Shown: positions 7,855-17,776, numbered from the stretch's first letter. The stretch: DNA of 64,000 nucleotides from Thermoanaerobaculia bacterium (GCA_036522835.1 DATDFB010000057.1:3906-67905); one strand, 5' to 3'. Notes: generated from the sequence alone by a model not told the origin. A program made the numbers and translations.

Positions 7855-9077
7855 CGCGCTGAGTCCGGCCGCACGCGCAAAAAGAACGTGCAGGCCTTCC
7901 CCGTCTTCGACTCCACCCACACCGAGCCGGAGTGGGCCACGGCGAATTCGCGCACTTTGAAGAGGCCGCGGCCGGTGCGCTCGGCGGCGTTCGGGTTCCA
8001 GACGAACGACGGCTCGAAGATCGCCGCGCGCAGATCCTCGGGGACGACCGGGCCGTTGTCCATCACGAAGAACAGCAGCAGCGGACGCCCCTTGTGCTCC
8101 ATCCAGCGCACGCCGACGACGACCTGCCCGCCCGCCGGCACGTAGTGCAGCGAGTTGTCCATCAGAATGCCGAGGGTGTCGGCGAGCTGGTCGTGGTTGC
8201 GGAAGCGCTCTTCGAGATCGGGAACGTCGACCTGCAGGTGGATCCCTTTGAGATCGGCGAACTGCTGGAAGCGGTTGGCGACGGTATGCACGACGTCGAC
8301 GACTTTCGGGATGCGCGTCTCCGGCGCCGGCTCCTCGACCTCGGGGGCCATCTCCAGCGACGAGAGGACCTGATCGATCGTCCCGGCGGCGTCGTCGAGC
8401 AGCGGATCGCTGTTGCGCTTGCGCGACGCGGCGATCATGGAGTCGCGCAGGAAGCGCATCGGCATCAGCACGGTCTCGCGCACGAAGGCGACGAAGGAAG
8501 CGTGCGATTCGCTGGCCGAGTCCGCCGGACGGAAGACGAGCACCGCGCCGCTCGCGCCGCCGGAGAGCGGGACGAGCGAGTAGATGATGTTCTGGTTGCC
8601 GATGTGCAGCGCCGAGGTGGCCGGCACGGAAAGCTCGCCGATGTGCAGCCCCGCCAGCGCCTCGATCTGCTTGACCGTGCCGAGGTCCGACTGCGCGACG
8701 CCGAAGAGCTTCTTGGCCTGCGACGTGACGAACTTCACGCCGCGGTCGGGCCCGAGGACGATCGAGGCGACGCCGGCGGCGATCAGCACGTTGGCGACGC
8801 TGGTGATCGCCAGCGAAGCCGACTCGACGGGGAAGGGAACGACGGGGGCTTTCGGGAACGCATCGGGAGCCACCGCCGGCGCGGTCGCTTGCGCCGCCGA
8901 TCCCTCGCCTCGCGAGGCGGGGAGAGGGTGGCGCGAAGCGCCGGGGGAGGGGCCGACGTTCGGCACCGCGGTCGTACCGCTCTCCGTCTTCGCTTTCGGT
9001 TTCCGCGGCTTATCGCATTTCTCGCAGAGAATGCCTTCCGAGATCGCCGCGCCGCACATGAAGCACTTGGAGGCCAT
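7851..9077 (-). CDS. histidine-kinase-like ATPase (HATPase_c) protein with N-terminal zinc ribbon
   Basis: CFMCGAAISEGILCEKCDKP; hydrophobic segment; C-terminal N/G1/G2 boxes (ILMDNSLHY, VMDNGPVVPE, GRGLF); no canonical H-box recognised. Confidence 0.6.
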   Translation of the reverse strand: MASKCFMCGAAISEGILCEKCDKPRKPKAKTESGTTAVPNVGPSPGASRHPLPASRGEGSAAQATAPAVAPDAFPKAPVVPFPVESASLAITSVANVLIAAGVASIVLGPDRGVKFVTSQAKKLFGVAQSDLGTVKQIEALAGLHIGELSVPATSALHIGNQNIIYSLVPLSGGASGAVLVFRPADSASESHASFVAFVRETVLMPMRFLRDSMIAASRKRNSDPLLDDAAGTIDQVLSSLEMAPEVEEPAPETRIPKVVDVVHTVANRFQQFADLKGIHLQVDVPDLEERFRNHDQLADTLGILMDNSLHYVPAGGQVVVGVRWMEHKGRPLLLFFVMDNGPVVPEDLRAAIFEPSFVWNPNAAERTGRGLFKVREFAVAHSGSVWVESKTGKACTFFLRVRPDSAR

Positions 9078-9123
9078 TGAGGGTCACCGATCTTAGCAAA
9101 TCACGGTAGACTCCGCGCCCGCC

Positions 9124-9972
9124 ATGGAAAAAATCGTCGTCATCGGCGCCGGGACGATGGGCAACGGCATCGCCCACGTCGCCGCCGCCTCCGGGTTCCC
9201 CGTCACGCTCATCGACGTCGGCGACGAACTGCTCCGCCGCGCCGTCGACACCATCTCCGCAAACCTCCAGCGCGGCGTCGACAAAGGAAAAATGACCGCC
9301 GAGGAGAAGCAGGCGGTCCTAGGGCGGATCAACGCCGTCACCGGATTCGAGGCCGCCGCCGAGGCGGACATCGTCATCGAAGCCATCGTCGAGAACCTGG
9401 CCGCGAAAATCTCACTCTTCCAAAAGCTCGATAGCCTCGCCCCGCCGGAGTGCCTCCTGGCCTCGAACACGTCGTCGATCTCCATCACCAAGATCGCCGC
9501 GGCGACAAAGCGGCCGGAGAAGGTCATCGGCATGCACTTCATGAACCCGGTGCCGGTGATGACGCTCGTGGAGATCATCCGCGGCATCGCCACCTCGGAC
9601 GAGACCTACGCGAAAACCGAGGACCTCGCCAAGCGCATGGGGAAGACGCCGGTCGAAGCGAACGACTATCCCGGCTTCGTCTCCAACCGCGTCCTCATGC
9701 CGATGATCAACGAGGCCGTCTTCGCGCTGTACGAAGGCGTGGCCGGCAAGGAAGCGATCGACAGCGTGATGAAGCTGGGGATGAATCACCCGATGGGGCC
9801 GCTGACGCTCGCCGACTTCGTCGGCCTCGATGTCTGCCTGGCGGTCATGCGCGTGCTCGAGGAAGGCTTCGGCGATCCGAAATACCGCCCGTGCCCGTTA
9901 CTCGTAAAGATGGTGGATGCGGGGTGGCTGGGGAGGAAAACGGGAAGAGGGTTCTACGACTACCGAAAATGA
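9124..9972 (+). CDS. hbd: 3-hydroxybutyryl-CoA / 3-hydroxyacyl-CoA dehydrogenase
   Basis: [17 protein letters not shown] Rossmann; 282 aa full-length Hbd family. Confidence 0.9.
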   Translation: MEKIVVIGAGTMGNGIAHVAAASGFPVTLIDVGDELLRRAVDTISANLQRGVDKGKMTAEEKQAVLGRINAVTGFEAAAEADIVIEAIVENLAAKISLFQKLDSLAPPECLLASNTSSISITKIAAATKRPEKVIGMHFMNPVPVMTLVEIIRGIATSDETYAKTEDLAKRMGKTPVEANDYPGFVSNRVLMPMINEAVFALYEGVAGKEAIDSVMKLGMNHPMGPLTLADFVGLDVCLAVMRVLEEGFGDPKYRPCPLLVKMVDAGWLGRKTGRGFYDYRK

Positions 9973-10045
9973 CGGGAGGTCGATTTCTCGATTCTGAATT
10001 CGGAATTCCAAGTTTCGCAATTCCGGGGCCTGCCTCCCGTGTTTT
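9971..10045 (+). terminator. possible hairpin terminator downstream of hbd
   Basis: gacgggagg ... cctcccgtgtttt with internal gaattcggaattc palindrome; long loop, weak call. Confidence 0.25.
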
Positions 10046-10060
10046 AATCCGCACTCGAAC

Positions 10061-11929
10061 ATGCTCTGTCAATCCTGCAGCGCCTACAACGACGACGAAC
10101 GCGAGTTCTGCTACCGCTGCCAGAACAAGCTCATGGTCCTCTCCGGCGTCACCTCGTTCGAGGAAGACGAGATCGAGGACTACGAGGAAGAAGAGGATCT
10201 TTCCCTCGACGAGCACCTGCTCGAGCGCGTCTCGGCGATCGAGGAGATCGTCAAGCGCTCCGCCGAGACGCTGCGCACCGTCGTCGACGCCGTGCAGAAG
10301 CATGAGCGCGCCAACTTCATCAACCAAACGGGCCTGCTCTCGGTCAAGGAGCTCCTGGAGAAGAAGAACCTCGTCTCCTCCGACGAGCTCGTAGAGCTGT
10401 GGGAATCGAAGATGGGCGAGCAGATGCTCGCGCTGGAAAAGAAGCAGCGCTTCACCGAGCGCCGCGACCGCATGGTCTCGCTCTTCCGCAAGGGCGACAA
10501 GCGCGAGCGCTTCCTCCAGCACGTCGGCGAGGCCGCCGCGGCGTTCGACGGCTTCGATCCCGACCGCGGAATGAAGGCGCTCGAGGAGGCCTTCAAGCTC
10601 GACCGCGACAACTACGAGCTCTCCTTCTTCCTCGGCGAGATGTTCTTCAACGACGGCAACGTCGACCGCGCCAAGCACTACCTCGAGCGCACGCTCGAAG
10701 TGCAGCCCGACCACTTCGACGCCGCCGTCTTCTACGGCGTGCTGCTGCACGAACGGCAGGATCTCAAGGGCGCCGAGCGCTGGCTGCGCCGCGCCATCCA
10801 GATCTCCCAAGACTCGTTCCTCCCCTACTTCTCCCTCGGCGCGATCTACGCGCGCAAAGGAAAGCTGCTGCGCGCGCAGAAGTTCCTGGAGAAGGCCATC
10901 CAGATCGAGGCCATCCCGCAGGCCTACTTCCTCCTCGGTACGATCTTCTACGACAAGGGCCAGCTCGAGCGGGCCATCCGCTCGTTCCAGAACGCGCTGA
11001 AGCTCGATCCCGAGTACGAAGAGGCGATTTACCACCTCGGCCTCTGCTATCTCGACCGCAACTGGAACCGCAAGGCCATCCAGTGCTTCCAGGAGGCGCT
11101 GGAGCTCAATCCCAACAAGATGGAGTACCAGCAGGCGGTCAAGATCTACGAGGGGATCTCCGGCCACACGCCGCTCGAAGGGCCGGCCGCGACGGAGTTC
11201 GGCGAGGCGGAGACGCTGGTCACGCAGGGCAATTACATCGAGGCGCTCGATCATTACCGCCAGGCCGCGCAGGAAGAGCCGGAGAACGTCAACATCCTGA
11301 TGCCGTACGCGCTCCTCTGCTCGCACCTCGACATGAACGGCGAGGCCATCGCGGTGGCGCGGCGGATCCTCAAGCAGAAGCCGACCGAGGTCGTGGCCGC
11401 GGCCGCGTACACGACGCTCGTGGAAGCGCTGCGCGCCGAGGGGAATTACAAGGAAGCGAATCGAGCGCTCGAGGAGATGCTCGGCGAGTACACGTCGAAC
11501 TACGCGAAGTCGATCGCCTACTACGAGAAGGCTTACAACCTCGCCGAGATGGAAGAGAGCCTCGACGAAGCGCTGGAGAGCGCGCAACTGGCCCTGCGCT
11601 ACTCGCCGAAGGAGCTCAAACAGTTCCCCCTCGCCGCTCTCGGCTGGGTCTACTTCAAGCGCCGCGATTTCTCGAACGCCGTCGATTTCCTGACCAAGTC
11701 CGCTGACCTCGGTCCGACGGCGACGAATCTCATGCACCTCGGGATGGCGTTGCTCGAAAGCGGCCAGAAGGACCGCGCCCGCCAGGTCTTCCGCCGCGCC
11801 AAGAGCTTCAAGACGAAGGGCGCCGGCCTGGAGGAGAAGATCCTCGAGCAGGTGCGCTCGACGACGAAGCTGATCGACCGGTTGCACGCGCGGCGGCGGC
11901 GGGCGGCGGCGAAGCCGAGCGAGCGGTAA
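10061..11929 (+). CDS. TPR-repeat protein with N-terminal zinc ribbon
   Basis: MLCQSCSAYNDDEREFCYRCQ; multiple TPR units across 622 aa. Confidence 0.8.
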   Translation: MLCQSCSAYNDDEREFCYRCQNKLMVLSGVTSFEEDEIEDYEEEEDLSLDEHLLERVSAIEEIVKRSAETLRTVVDAVQKHERANFINQTGLLSVKELLEKKNLVSSDELVELWESKMGEQMLALEKKQRFTERRDRMVSLFRKGDKRERFLQHVGEAAAAFDGFDPDRGMKALEEAFKLDRDNYELSFFLGEMFFNDGNVDRAKHYLERTLEVQPDHFDAAVFYGVLLHERQDLKGAERWLRRAIQISQDSFLPYFSLGAIYARKGKLLRAQKFLEKAIQIEAIPQAYFLLGTIFYDKGQLERAIRSFQNALKLDPEYEEAIYHLGLCYLDRNWNRKAIQCFQEALELNPNKMEYQQAVKIYEGISGHTPLEGPAATEFGEAETLVTQGNYIEALDHYRQAAQEEPENVNILMPYALLCSHLDMNGEAIAVARRILKQKPTEVVAAAAYTTLVEALRAEGNYKEANRALEEMLGEYTSNYAKSIAYYEKAYNLAEMEESLDEALESAQLALRYSPKELKQFPLAALGWVYFKRRDFSNAVDFLTKSADLGPTATNLMHLGMALLESGQKDRARQVFRRAKSFKTKGAGLEEKILEQVRSTTKLIDRLHARRRRAAAKPSER

Positions 11930-11934
11930 GCCCT

Positions 11935-11958
11935 GGAGTGCGGCGGCCGCACTCCACA
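11935..11958. repeat. family 3 repeat, minimal single-stem derivative (GGAGTGCGGCGGCCGCACTCCACA)
   Basis: Outer arms of family 3 with internal hairpins deleted; just 3' of TPR gene stop. Confidence 0.5.
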
Positions 11959-11978
11959 AACCTTCGTCGTTCGCCGCG

Positions 11979-13505
11979 TCAGCGGTTCGACGAGAGCCGG
12001 ATCGTTCCCTCTTCCGCGTACAGCTCGAGCCTCTCGCCGCCGCCGTTGATCTTGCCGGTGGCGTGCACCTTCGTCCTCCCGCCAACCTGCTCCTTGCGGA
12101 TCTGCAGGCCGTTGAAGTCGGAGACGATCGGGTCGGCGTCGGCATCCGCGGTGAAGACCGTGGCGTCGACCTCGGCGCCGAAGCGCGAGGTGAGGTTGAG
12201 GATCACGTTGCCGCGCGCGGTGCGGGCGGTGATGCGCTGCGTGCGCTGCGTCGGGTCGGAGGTAATGGTGATGTCGCCCGAGCGCGTGTCGGCGTCGATC
12301 GGGCCGGCAGCCTGGCGGACGATGATGTCGCCGCCGAGCGATCTGAGCGTGGTCGGACCGCCGGTGTACTGCACCTCGACGATGCCGCCGTCGGTCGTGA
12401 TCGTGCCGCCGACGCGCGCGGCGCGCACGAGGATGCGCCCCACGCCGGTGTGCGCGGTCAGCCCCGCCATGGCCTCGGTGATGCTGATCGGGCCGCCGAC
12501 CGACGTGGCGTTCAGCTCCCCGTAGACCGTGCCGAGCTCGATCGCCCCCGCGCCGGTGAAGACGCGCAGCGCGCCGCGCGCTTCGCCGACCTGGATGTCG
12601 GCAACGCGCTGGGAGATCTCCATCGGCCCCTGCACGGTGGGGATCTGCACGCGCATCATCTGCGGGACCGCCGCCATCGGATCGCCGATCGTGCGCACCA
12701 GATCGCGCACCGAGCGCGCCGTCGACCCGTTCTCGCCGTTGGCCAGGATGGCCACACGGCCGAGCATCGTCCCCGTCACCAGGCGCGGCCCGCCGGGCGC
12801 GTTCACGCTGCCGTGGAAGACGCGTCCTTCCCAACGGCCGCGCAGCGGCAGCGTGGTCCAGAGGTCGCCGCGCAACGTGTCGGCAATCCAGTCGAAGTTC
12901 GAATCGAGCGGGAGATGCACCTCGATGTTGGCGTTGATGGCGTTGATCTGCGCGTGCGACACCGGCTTGGTCGTGTAGTTGTAGACGATGCGGCCGTTGG
13001 TCGAATCGACGATGGACGCGCCGGTGACGTTGTCGAACACGATCGTGCTGCTGAAGGCCTTCACCGTCACGTTGCCCATGATGTTGGAGACGTGGACCTG
13101 GTCGGCGCTCGTGGTCAGCACGCGCACGTGCACGGTCTTCGGCACGCGCACCGTGTATTTGACGCTGCTGCTCCAGCGCGGGCTGCGCAGCGGCGGCACG
13201 ACCGTCTTCACCACGCACTGGTGGGGGTTGTTGCAGTCGAAGTTGATGCTCGTGTTCTCGCGGGCCTCGTCGCGCGACTGGCGGTCGACGGCGATGATCG
13301 TCGTCACCGCGCTGATCGTCGCCTTGGCGCCGTCGACGCCGAAGATCTCGATCGTGCCGTCGGGATTGTCGATCCAGAACGTGCCGGCGATTTCGAGCGG
13401 ATACGTCTTGGTGACCGGGCCCTCGACGTACACATGGTTCGCGGCGCTGAGCGGGAGCGCGAGAGTCAGGAGCGCGGCGGCGAGTAGAGGGACCTGTCTC
13501 ATCAC
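11979..13505 (-). CDS. secreted beta-rich protein, DUF4097/putative-adhesin-like
   Basis: Signal peptide MMRQVPLLAAALLTLALPLSA; repetitive G/T/V-rich beta segments; 4-nt overlap with upstream anti-sigma gene. Confidence 0.55.
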   Translation of the reverse strand: MMRQVPLLAAALLTLALPLSAANHVYVEGPVTKTYPLEIAGTFWIDNPDGTIEIFGVDGAKATISAVTTIIAVDRQSRDEARENTSINFDCNNPHQCVVKTVVPPLRSPRWSSSVKYTVRVPKTVHVRVLTTSADQVHVSNIMGNVTVKAFSSTIVFDNVTGASIVDSTNGRIVYNYTTKPVSHAQINAINANIEVHLPLDSNFDWIADTLRGDLWTTLPLRGRWEGRVFHGSVNAPGGPRLVTGTMLGRVAILANGENGSTARSVRDLVRTIGDPMAAVPQMMRVQIPTVQGPMEISQRVADIQVGEARGALRVFTGAGAIELGTVYGELNATSVGGPISITEAMAGLTAHTGVGRILVRAARVGGTITTDGGIVEVQYTGGPTTLRSLGGDIIVRQAAGPIDADTRSGDITITSDPTQRTQRITARTARGNVILNLTSRFGAEVDATVFTADADADPIVSDFNGLQIRKEQVGGRTKVHATGKINGGGERLELYAEEGTIRLSSNR

Positions 13506-14542
13506 GGTTTGACGCTGCCGAGCGCCTCCGCCGCTTTGACTCGGACGTACATGTTCTCGTCGTCCTGCGCAGCCTTGGCGCGCAGCGTGTCGAGCGTGGC
13601 CGGGTCGGCCTGGCCGCCCTTCTTGAGCAGATTCGAGAGGGCCTCTACGGCTTTGAGGCGCACGGCGGGATTGGGATCGGTCTTCAGCGCCTGGATCAGC
13701 GCCTCCCGCGAGTCGCTCGTCGCGCCGCCCGCGGGCAGATTCGTCAGCGTCTCCACGGCCTTGATGCGCACGCCCTCGTGCGTGTCGTTGCGGAGGACGT
13801 TGGCCAGGGCGCGGGTGATCTCCGGATCGGCGTTGCCGGGCTGCGAGTACGTCGAGCGCACCCAGTCGATGGCCCGCGACTGCGACGGGGCCATGCGGTC
13901 CTCGTTCTCAAGGACGTAGCGCATCAGCCGCACCATGGTCTTGTCGGTTGGACGGCCGGTGACGGTCATGTGCGAGGTGATGTCGAACGAGACGCCGATC
14001 TGGTCGTCCGGCGCATTGAGCTGCGTGAAGCTCACGTTTTGGATGTCGGGACGCCCTTCGATCACCGGGCTGATGGAGTTGGCCGGCAGCACGCGCGATT
14101 CGGCGATGGAGAACGCGGCCGGCTGGTACGGCGTTGCGCTCGTGATCTTCGCCTCGGTCGTCGTCTGCGTTGCCGGCTTGTCGAAAACCGTCGTCGACGA
14201 CGTCGTCGTGCGATGTCCCGCCAAGTACGACCCGCCCGCGATCACGACGACCGCGGCGGCCTGCGCAAGCCAGCGGAACGCTGGCCGGCGACGAAACGGG
14301 ACGACGTCCGCCGATTCGACGGGAGGGTTCACGCGGTTGAGGAACTCCTGCTTCATGCGCGGCGGGACTTCGAGCTCGGGCAGTTGCTCGAGGAAGCTCC
14401 ACGTCTCGCGGTAGCCCGTCCACTCCTCGCCGCACGCCGCGCACTGCTCGATGTGCTGGTGCGTGGTCTCTCGCCGCACCGGGTCGAGCGACTCGGTCAA
14501 GAGCAGCGGCATCTGTTCGCGCATCAGAGTGCAGTCAGACAT
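13502..14542 (-). CDS. zinc-finger anti-sigma factor with TM and C-terminal HEAT-like repeats
   Basis: N-terminal HxxxCxxC (HQHIEQCAACGEEW), TM (AAVVVIAGGSYLAG), C-terminal HEAT repeats (VRIKAVETLTNL, VRLKAVEALSNL, VRVKAAEALGSV); coupled to sigma gene upstream. Confidence 0.6.
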   Translation of the reverse strand: MSDCTLMREQMPLLLTESLDPVRRETTHQHIEQCAACGEEWTGYRETWSFLEQLPELEVPPRMKQEFLNRVNPPVESADVVPFRRRPAFRWLAQAAAVVVIAGGSYLAGHRTTTSSTTVFDKPATQTTTEAKITSATPYQPAAFSIAESRVLPANSISPVIEGRPDIQNVSFTQLNAPDDQIGVSFDITSHMTVTGRPTDKTMVRLMRYVLENEDRMAPSQSRAIDWVRSTYSQPGNADPEITRALANVLRNDTHEGVRIKAVETLTNLPAGGATSDSREALIQALKTDPNPAVRLKAVEALSNLLKKGGQADPATLDTLRAKAAQDDENMYVRVKAAEALGSVKP

Positions 14543-15135
14543 CGTTCACCTCCGCTCGCCTCGCCGGTGAGCGCTTTCTTCAACACTTCCATGGCCCGGA
14601 ACACGCGCGTCTTCACCGCCCCCTCCGAGCATCCTGCGATCTGCGCGATCTCCGCGTACGACAGCCCCTGGTAGCGCGAGAGCAGGATGGCTTCGCGCTG
14701 GTCCGGAGTCAGGAACTGCAGCGCTTTCTGGATCCTCAGTTGGTTCTCGCGCTGCTCGAGCCGGTGATGGGGCGACTCGGACTGGCTGGCCGGCAGCGTC
14801 ACCAGAGCATCGTCCGAGTCCTTCGGCTTGTTGTCCCCTTTGCGCAGGTAGTCGCGGCACCAATTGGCCGCGATGGAAAAGAGCCAGGTGGAGAGCTTTG
14901 CCTCTCCATTGAACTGGTTGGCGTGCTTGAGCATCTTGACAAAGACTTCCTGGGTCGCGTCTTCCGCTGCCTCGCTGTTCCGGAGGAAGCGGTAGGTGAA
15001 GTTGTAAATCCGGCCTGAATAACGGTCGTAGATCTCCGAGGCGGGGGAGAAGTCGCCCGCCTGAACGATGCGCATGAGCTCCTGATCGCTCAGGGACTTC
15101 ATCTCCCTCGGTTCTCTCTGCTTCGACGCGGACAT
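14524..15135 (-). CDS. ECF sigma factor
   Basis: Start chosen at MSASKQREPREMKSLSDQEL (avoids overlap with 15146..16309); region 2 (EDATQEVFVKMLKHANQF...STWLFSIAANWCRDYLRK) and region 4 (LTPDQREAILLSRYQGLSYAEIAQIAGCSEGAVKTRVFRA). Confidence 0.8.
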   Translation of the reverse strand: MSASKQREPREMKSLSDQELMRIVQAGDFSPASEIYDRYSGRIYNFTYRFLRNSEAAEDATQEVFVKMLKHANQFNGEAKLSTWLFSIAANWCRDYLRKGDNKPKDSDDALVTLPASQSESPHHRLEQRENQLRIQKALQFLTPDQREAILLSRYQGLSYAEIAQIAGCSEGAVKTRVFRAMEVLKKALTGEASGGERCLTAL

Positions 15136-15145
15136 GTCGGAAAGG

Positions 15146-16309
15146 TTACGGGCCGGCTGTTTGGAGTTGCGCAACAGCCGCCGGAGCGCCTTCATTGCGC
15201 TCGACCGAGGCGATCACCAGGGCGAAGAGGTCGAGCATGGCCAGAAAGACCTCGGTGTCGCCGAAGTTGAACTCGAACATCCCCGCGACGACGAGCCCGA
15301 CCGTAATGGCCACGCCGAGCTCGGCATATTTCGAGCCCCAGCCTCGGGCGCATTCCCTCAGAAAGAGCGCGATCAACACGACGTACGCGGCGAGCCCGAG
15401 AATGCCGCGCTCGGCCCAGAGCTGCACGAGGTTGTTGTGCAGGTGCGGGATGCGGAAGCGCGGCGCGTCGGGCTTGCGGTAGAGCGGATAGACCTCTTTC
15501 ATGTTGCCCGGGCCGACGCCGAGGACCGGAACGTCTTTGATGATCTCCACGCCGCCTTCGAACATGCGGATCCGGTCGAAGTTCGACGACTGCTTCGTGT
15601 CGAAGGCCGACAGGACCCGGGCGAAGTACGGCAGGGGGAGGAAAGTGATGACGAGGATGCCGGCCGGCACGGCCCAGGCAAGAAGGCGCGGCCGCTTCAG
15701 CGTGGCGAGCACGACGACGGCGACGAGCCAGCCGAGCCAGGCGCTGCGGGTGAAGGTCATGAGCAGCGTGAGCGTGGTCAGGATCGTGCCGCCCAGGAGC
15801 CAGAGGTTGCGGCGGTCGTGAATCCAGAGGACGAGGAAGATCAGCGCCACCGGCAGCATCAGCCCCGAATAGGTCATCACGTGCGCGGCCGGGCCGGTGA
15901 TGCGGTGCTCGAGATCGCGCTGGTGCAGTGCGAAATACTGCACAAAGCCGTAAAGCGAGGAGAAGACGCCGAAGGCGAGGAAGGTCTTCAGGGCCATCTC
16001 TTTGGTCCTCGGCACGTTCCTGAACAGGATGAGCGCGGCGGGAAAGAGCAGGCACTTCAACCACAGCGCGCTCTCGCCGAAGGCATGCTTCGACGCGCCG
16101 TTGGCGATGGAGGAGACCGAGGAGTCGAGCGCGTAGACGAAGAGCGGGAAGTAGAGGACGTGGAAGGAGGGTTTGATCTCGCCTTTCCAGATCAGCCAGG
16201 CGAGCGTGCCGATCATCAGAACGACGCCGAGCTCCGAGGAGGCGATCCAGCCGGCGCAGAAGATGTGGGCGAGGTAGAAGAAAGTCGCGAGTGCAACGCC
16301 GCGGGACAT
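15146..16309 (-). CDS. O-antigen ligase/polymerase family (Wzy_C-like) membrane protein
   Basis: 387 aa, ~10 TM, periplasmic loop with TFTRSAWLG motif region. Confidence 0.7.
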   Translation of the reverse strand: MSRGVALATFFYLAHIFCAGWIASSELGVVLMIGTLAWLIWKGEIKPSFHVLYFPLFVYALDSSVSSIANGASKHAFGESALWLKCLLFPAALILFRNVPRTKEMALKTFLAFGVFSSLYGFVQYFALHQRDLEHRITGPAAHVMTYSGLMLPVALIFLVLWIHDRRNLWLLGGTILTTLTLLMTFTRSAWLGWLVAVVVLATLKRPRLLAWAVPAGILVITFLPLPYFARVLSAFDTKQSSNFDRIRMFEGGVEIIKDVPVLGVGPGNMKEVYPLYRKPDAPRFRIPHLHNNLVQLWAERGILGLAAYVVLIALFLRECARGWGSKYAELGVAITVGLVVAGMFEFNFGDTEVFLAMLDLFALVIASVERNEGAPAAVAQLQTAGP

Positions 16310-16333
16310 GGCGCGTTACGCCCGCATACCACG

Positions 16334-16425
16334 GAAACTTAGAACGCAGAATGCGAATGCAGAATGAAGAAAGCTTCGCCGGCGATTTCTCAATTCTGCA
16401 TTCGCATTCTGCGTTCTGAATTTCC
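16334..16425. repeat. palindromic element, family 1, copy 2
   Basis: gaaacttagaacgcagaatgcgaatgcagaatgaagaaa ... tctcaattctgcattcgcattctgcgttctgaatttcc; near-identical to 19818-19925. Confidence 0.8.
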
Positions 16426-16446
16426 GTGGGCCGAAAGCAGGCGAGC

Positions 16447-16707
16447 TCACATCTCCTCGAATGCCTCGTCCACCAGCATCACCGGGATGTCACTGACGAT
16501 CGGGTAGATCCGGTGGCACTTGACGCACTGCAGGCCCTGCTCGACGACGGGCTCCTCGCCGCGGAACTTCTCCCGGAACTTGTCGCGCACGGCCGCGCTC
16601 CGCTCCGCCGACAGCGGCACCATGCGCACCTCTTCCTTGCACAGCGGGCAGGCGAGGATCTCGAGCAGTTCCGTGTCGATGGCCATGGGCGGCGCGAAGT
16701 GTAGCAT
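16447..16707 (-). CDS. Trm112 family (DUF343) small protein
   Basis: LLEILACPLCKEEV...LQCVKCHRIYPIVSDIPVMLVDEA. Confidence 0.75.
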   Translation of the reverse strand: MLHFAPPMAIDTELLEILACPLCKEEVRMVPLSAERSAAVRDKFREKFRGEEPVVEQGLQCVKCHRIYPIVSDIPVMLVDEAFEEM

Positions 16708-16717
16708 TCGCGGCGCA

Positions 16718-17776
16718 ATGCGAGTCCTGCACCTCGCCGCCGGAAACCGCTGGACCGGAGCCGCCGCGCCGGCGTTCGCCGAGGTGGCGGCGCTGCGCGA
16801 GGCGGGAGTCGATGCGCACTACGCCTACGTCGGCGGCTACAAGCTCGAGCAGAAGCTCGCCCACGTCGGCTTCGCCCACCCCGCGATCGCCAAGGCGCAG
16901 AATCCGCTGTCGTTCCTGCGCACAGCCACGAGGCTCGAGCACCTCATCGACCACCACGGCTTCGACGTCGTGCACGCGCACCTCACCTACGATCACGTGC
17001 TGGCGCGGTTCATCGCCAAGCGGGAGAAGGTGCGGATCGTGCGGACGTTCCACTCCCGGCGGGTGATCCGCGGCGACGTCTTCACGCGGGCGCTCGTCCG
17101 GCGCACCGACGCGATTTGCGTGATCAACGACGCGCTCGCCGAGGCGGCGCCGATCCGCGGCCGTTTCGCGCTCTACACACCGCCGCCGCTCGACACGCGG
17201 CAATTCACGCCCGAGGGGCCGGACTTGCGCGGGGCCTACGGCGTCGAGGGCGATGCGCTGCTCCTCGTCGCCATCGGCAAGCTCGATCCCGCGCGCGGCT
17301 TCGAGGACGTGCTGCGGACGTACGCACTGGTACGGCAGGCCATCGCCACGGCGCGGCTGATGATCATCGGCCACGGCCCGCACCGCCCGGCGCTCGAAGC
17401 GCTGGCGAGCTCGCTGCAAATCGAGCCGATCTGGGCCGGTTATCACGAGGACGATCTCGCCGAGCACTACCGCGCCGCCGACGTGCTGCTCTTCACCGCG
17501 CGCGGCTCCGACGAGGGCCACCGCGCCGTGATCGAGGCGATGGGCTGCGGCGTCGTGCCGGCGACGTATCGCCTCGACGGCATGCCCGCGATCCTCGGCG
17601 AGCTCGGCGCGGAGTCGCTGGCGGCGTCGCCGGCGCCGCAGGCGCTGGCCGAGCGCGTGATCGCCATCGCCCAAGGCGATCTCGCCGCATCGCGCCGCGC
17701 GGCGTTCGCACGGTCGGCGGAGTTTTCGTACGGGAAGGCCGCGGAGCGGCTGATGAAGCTGTACGAGTCGCTCTAA
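16718..17776 (+). CDS. glycosyltransferase family 4 (GT-B)
   Basis: Start refined to MRVLHLAAGNRWTGAA; C-terminal EG.. VIEAMGCGVVPA motif region; upstream 66 residues of track ORF are antisense to Trm112 gene. Confidence 0.8.
   Translation: MRVLHLAAGNRWTGAAAPAFAEVAALREAGVDAHYAYVGGYKLEQKLAHVGFAHPAIAKAQNPLSFLRTATRLEHLIDHHGFDVVHAHLTYDHVLARFIAKREKVRIVRTFHSRRVIRGDVFTRALVRRTDAICVINDALAEAAPIRGRFALYTPPPLDTRQFTPEGPDLRGAYGVEGDALLLVAIGKLDPARGFEDVLRTYALVRQAIATARLMIIGHGPHRPALEALASSLQIEPIWAGYHEDDLAEHYRAADVLLFTARGSDEGHRAVIEAMGCGVVPATYRLDGMPAILGELGAESLAASPAPQALAERVIAIAQGDLAASRRAAFARSAEFSYGKAAERLMKLYESL

Noticed and set aside
9845-12145. 766-aa minus-strand ORF
   Set aside because: Antisense to the convincing TPR gene 10061..11929; low-complexity E/L/R-rich translation.
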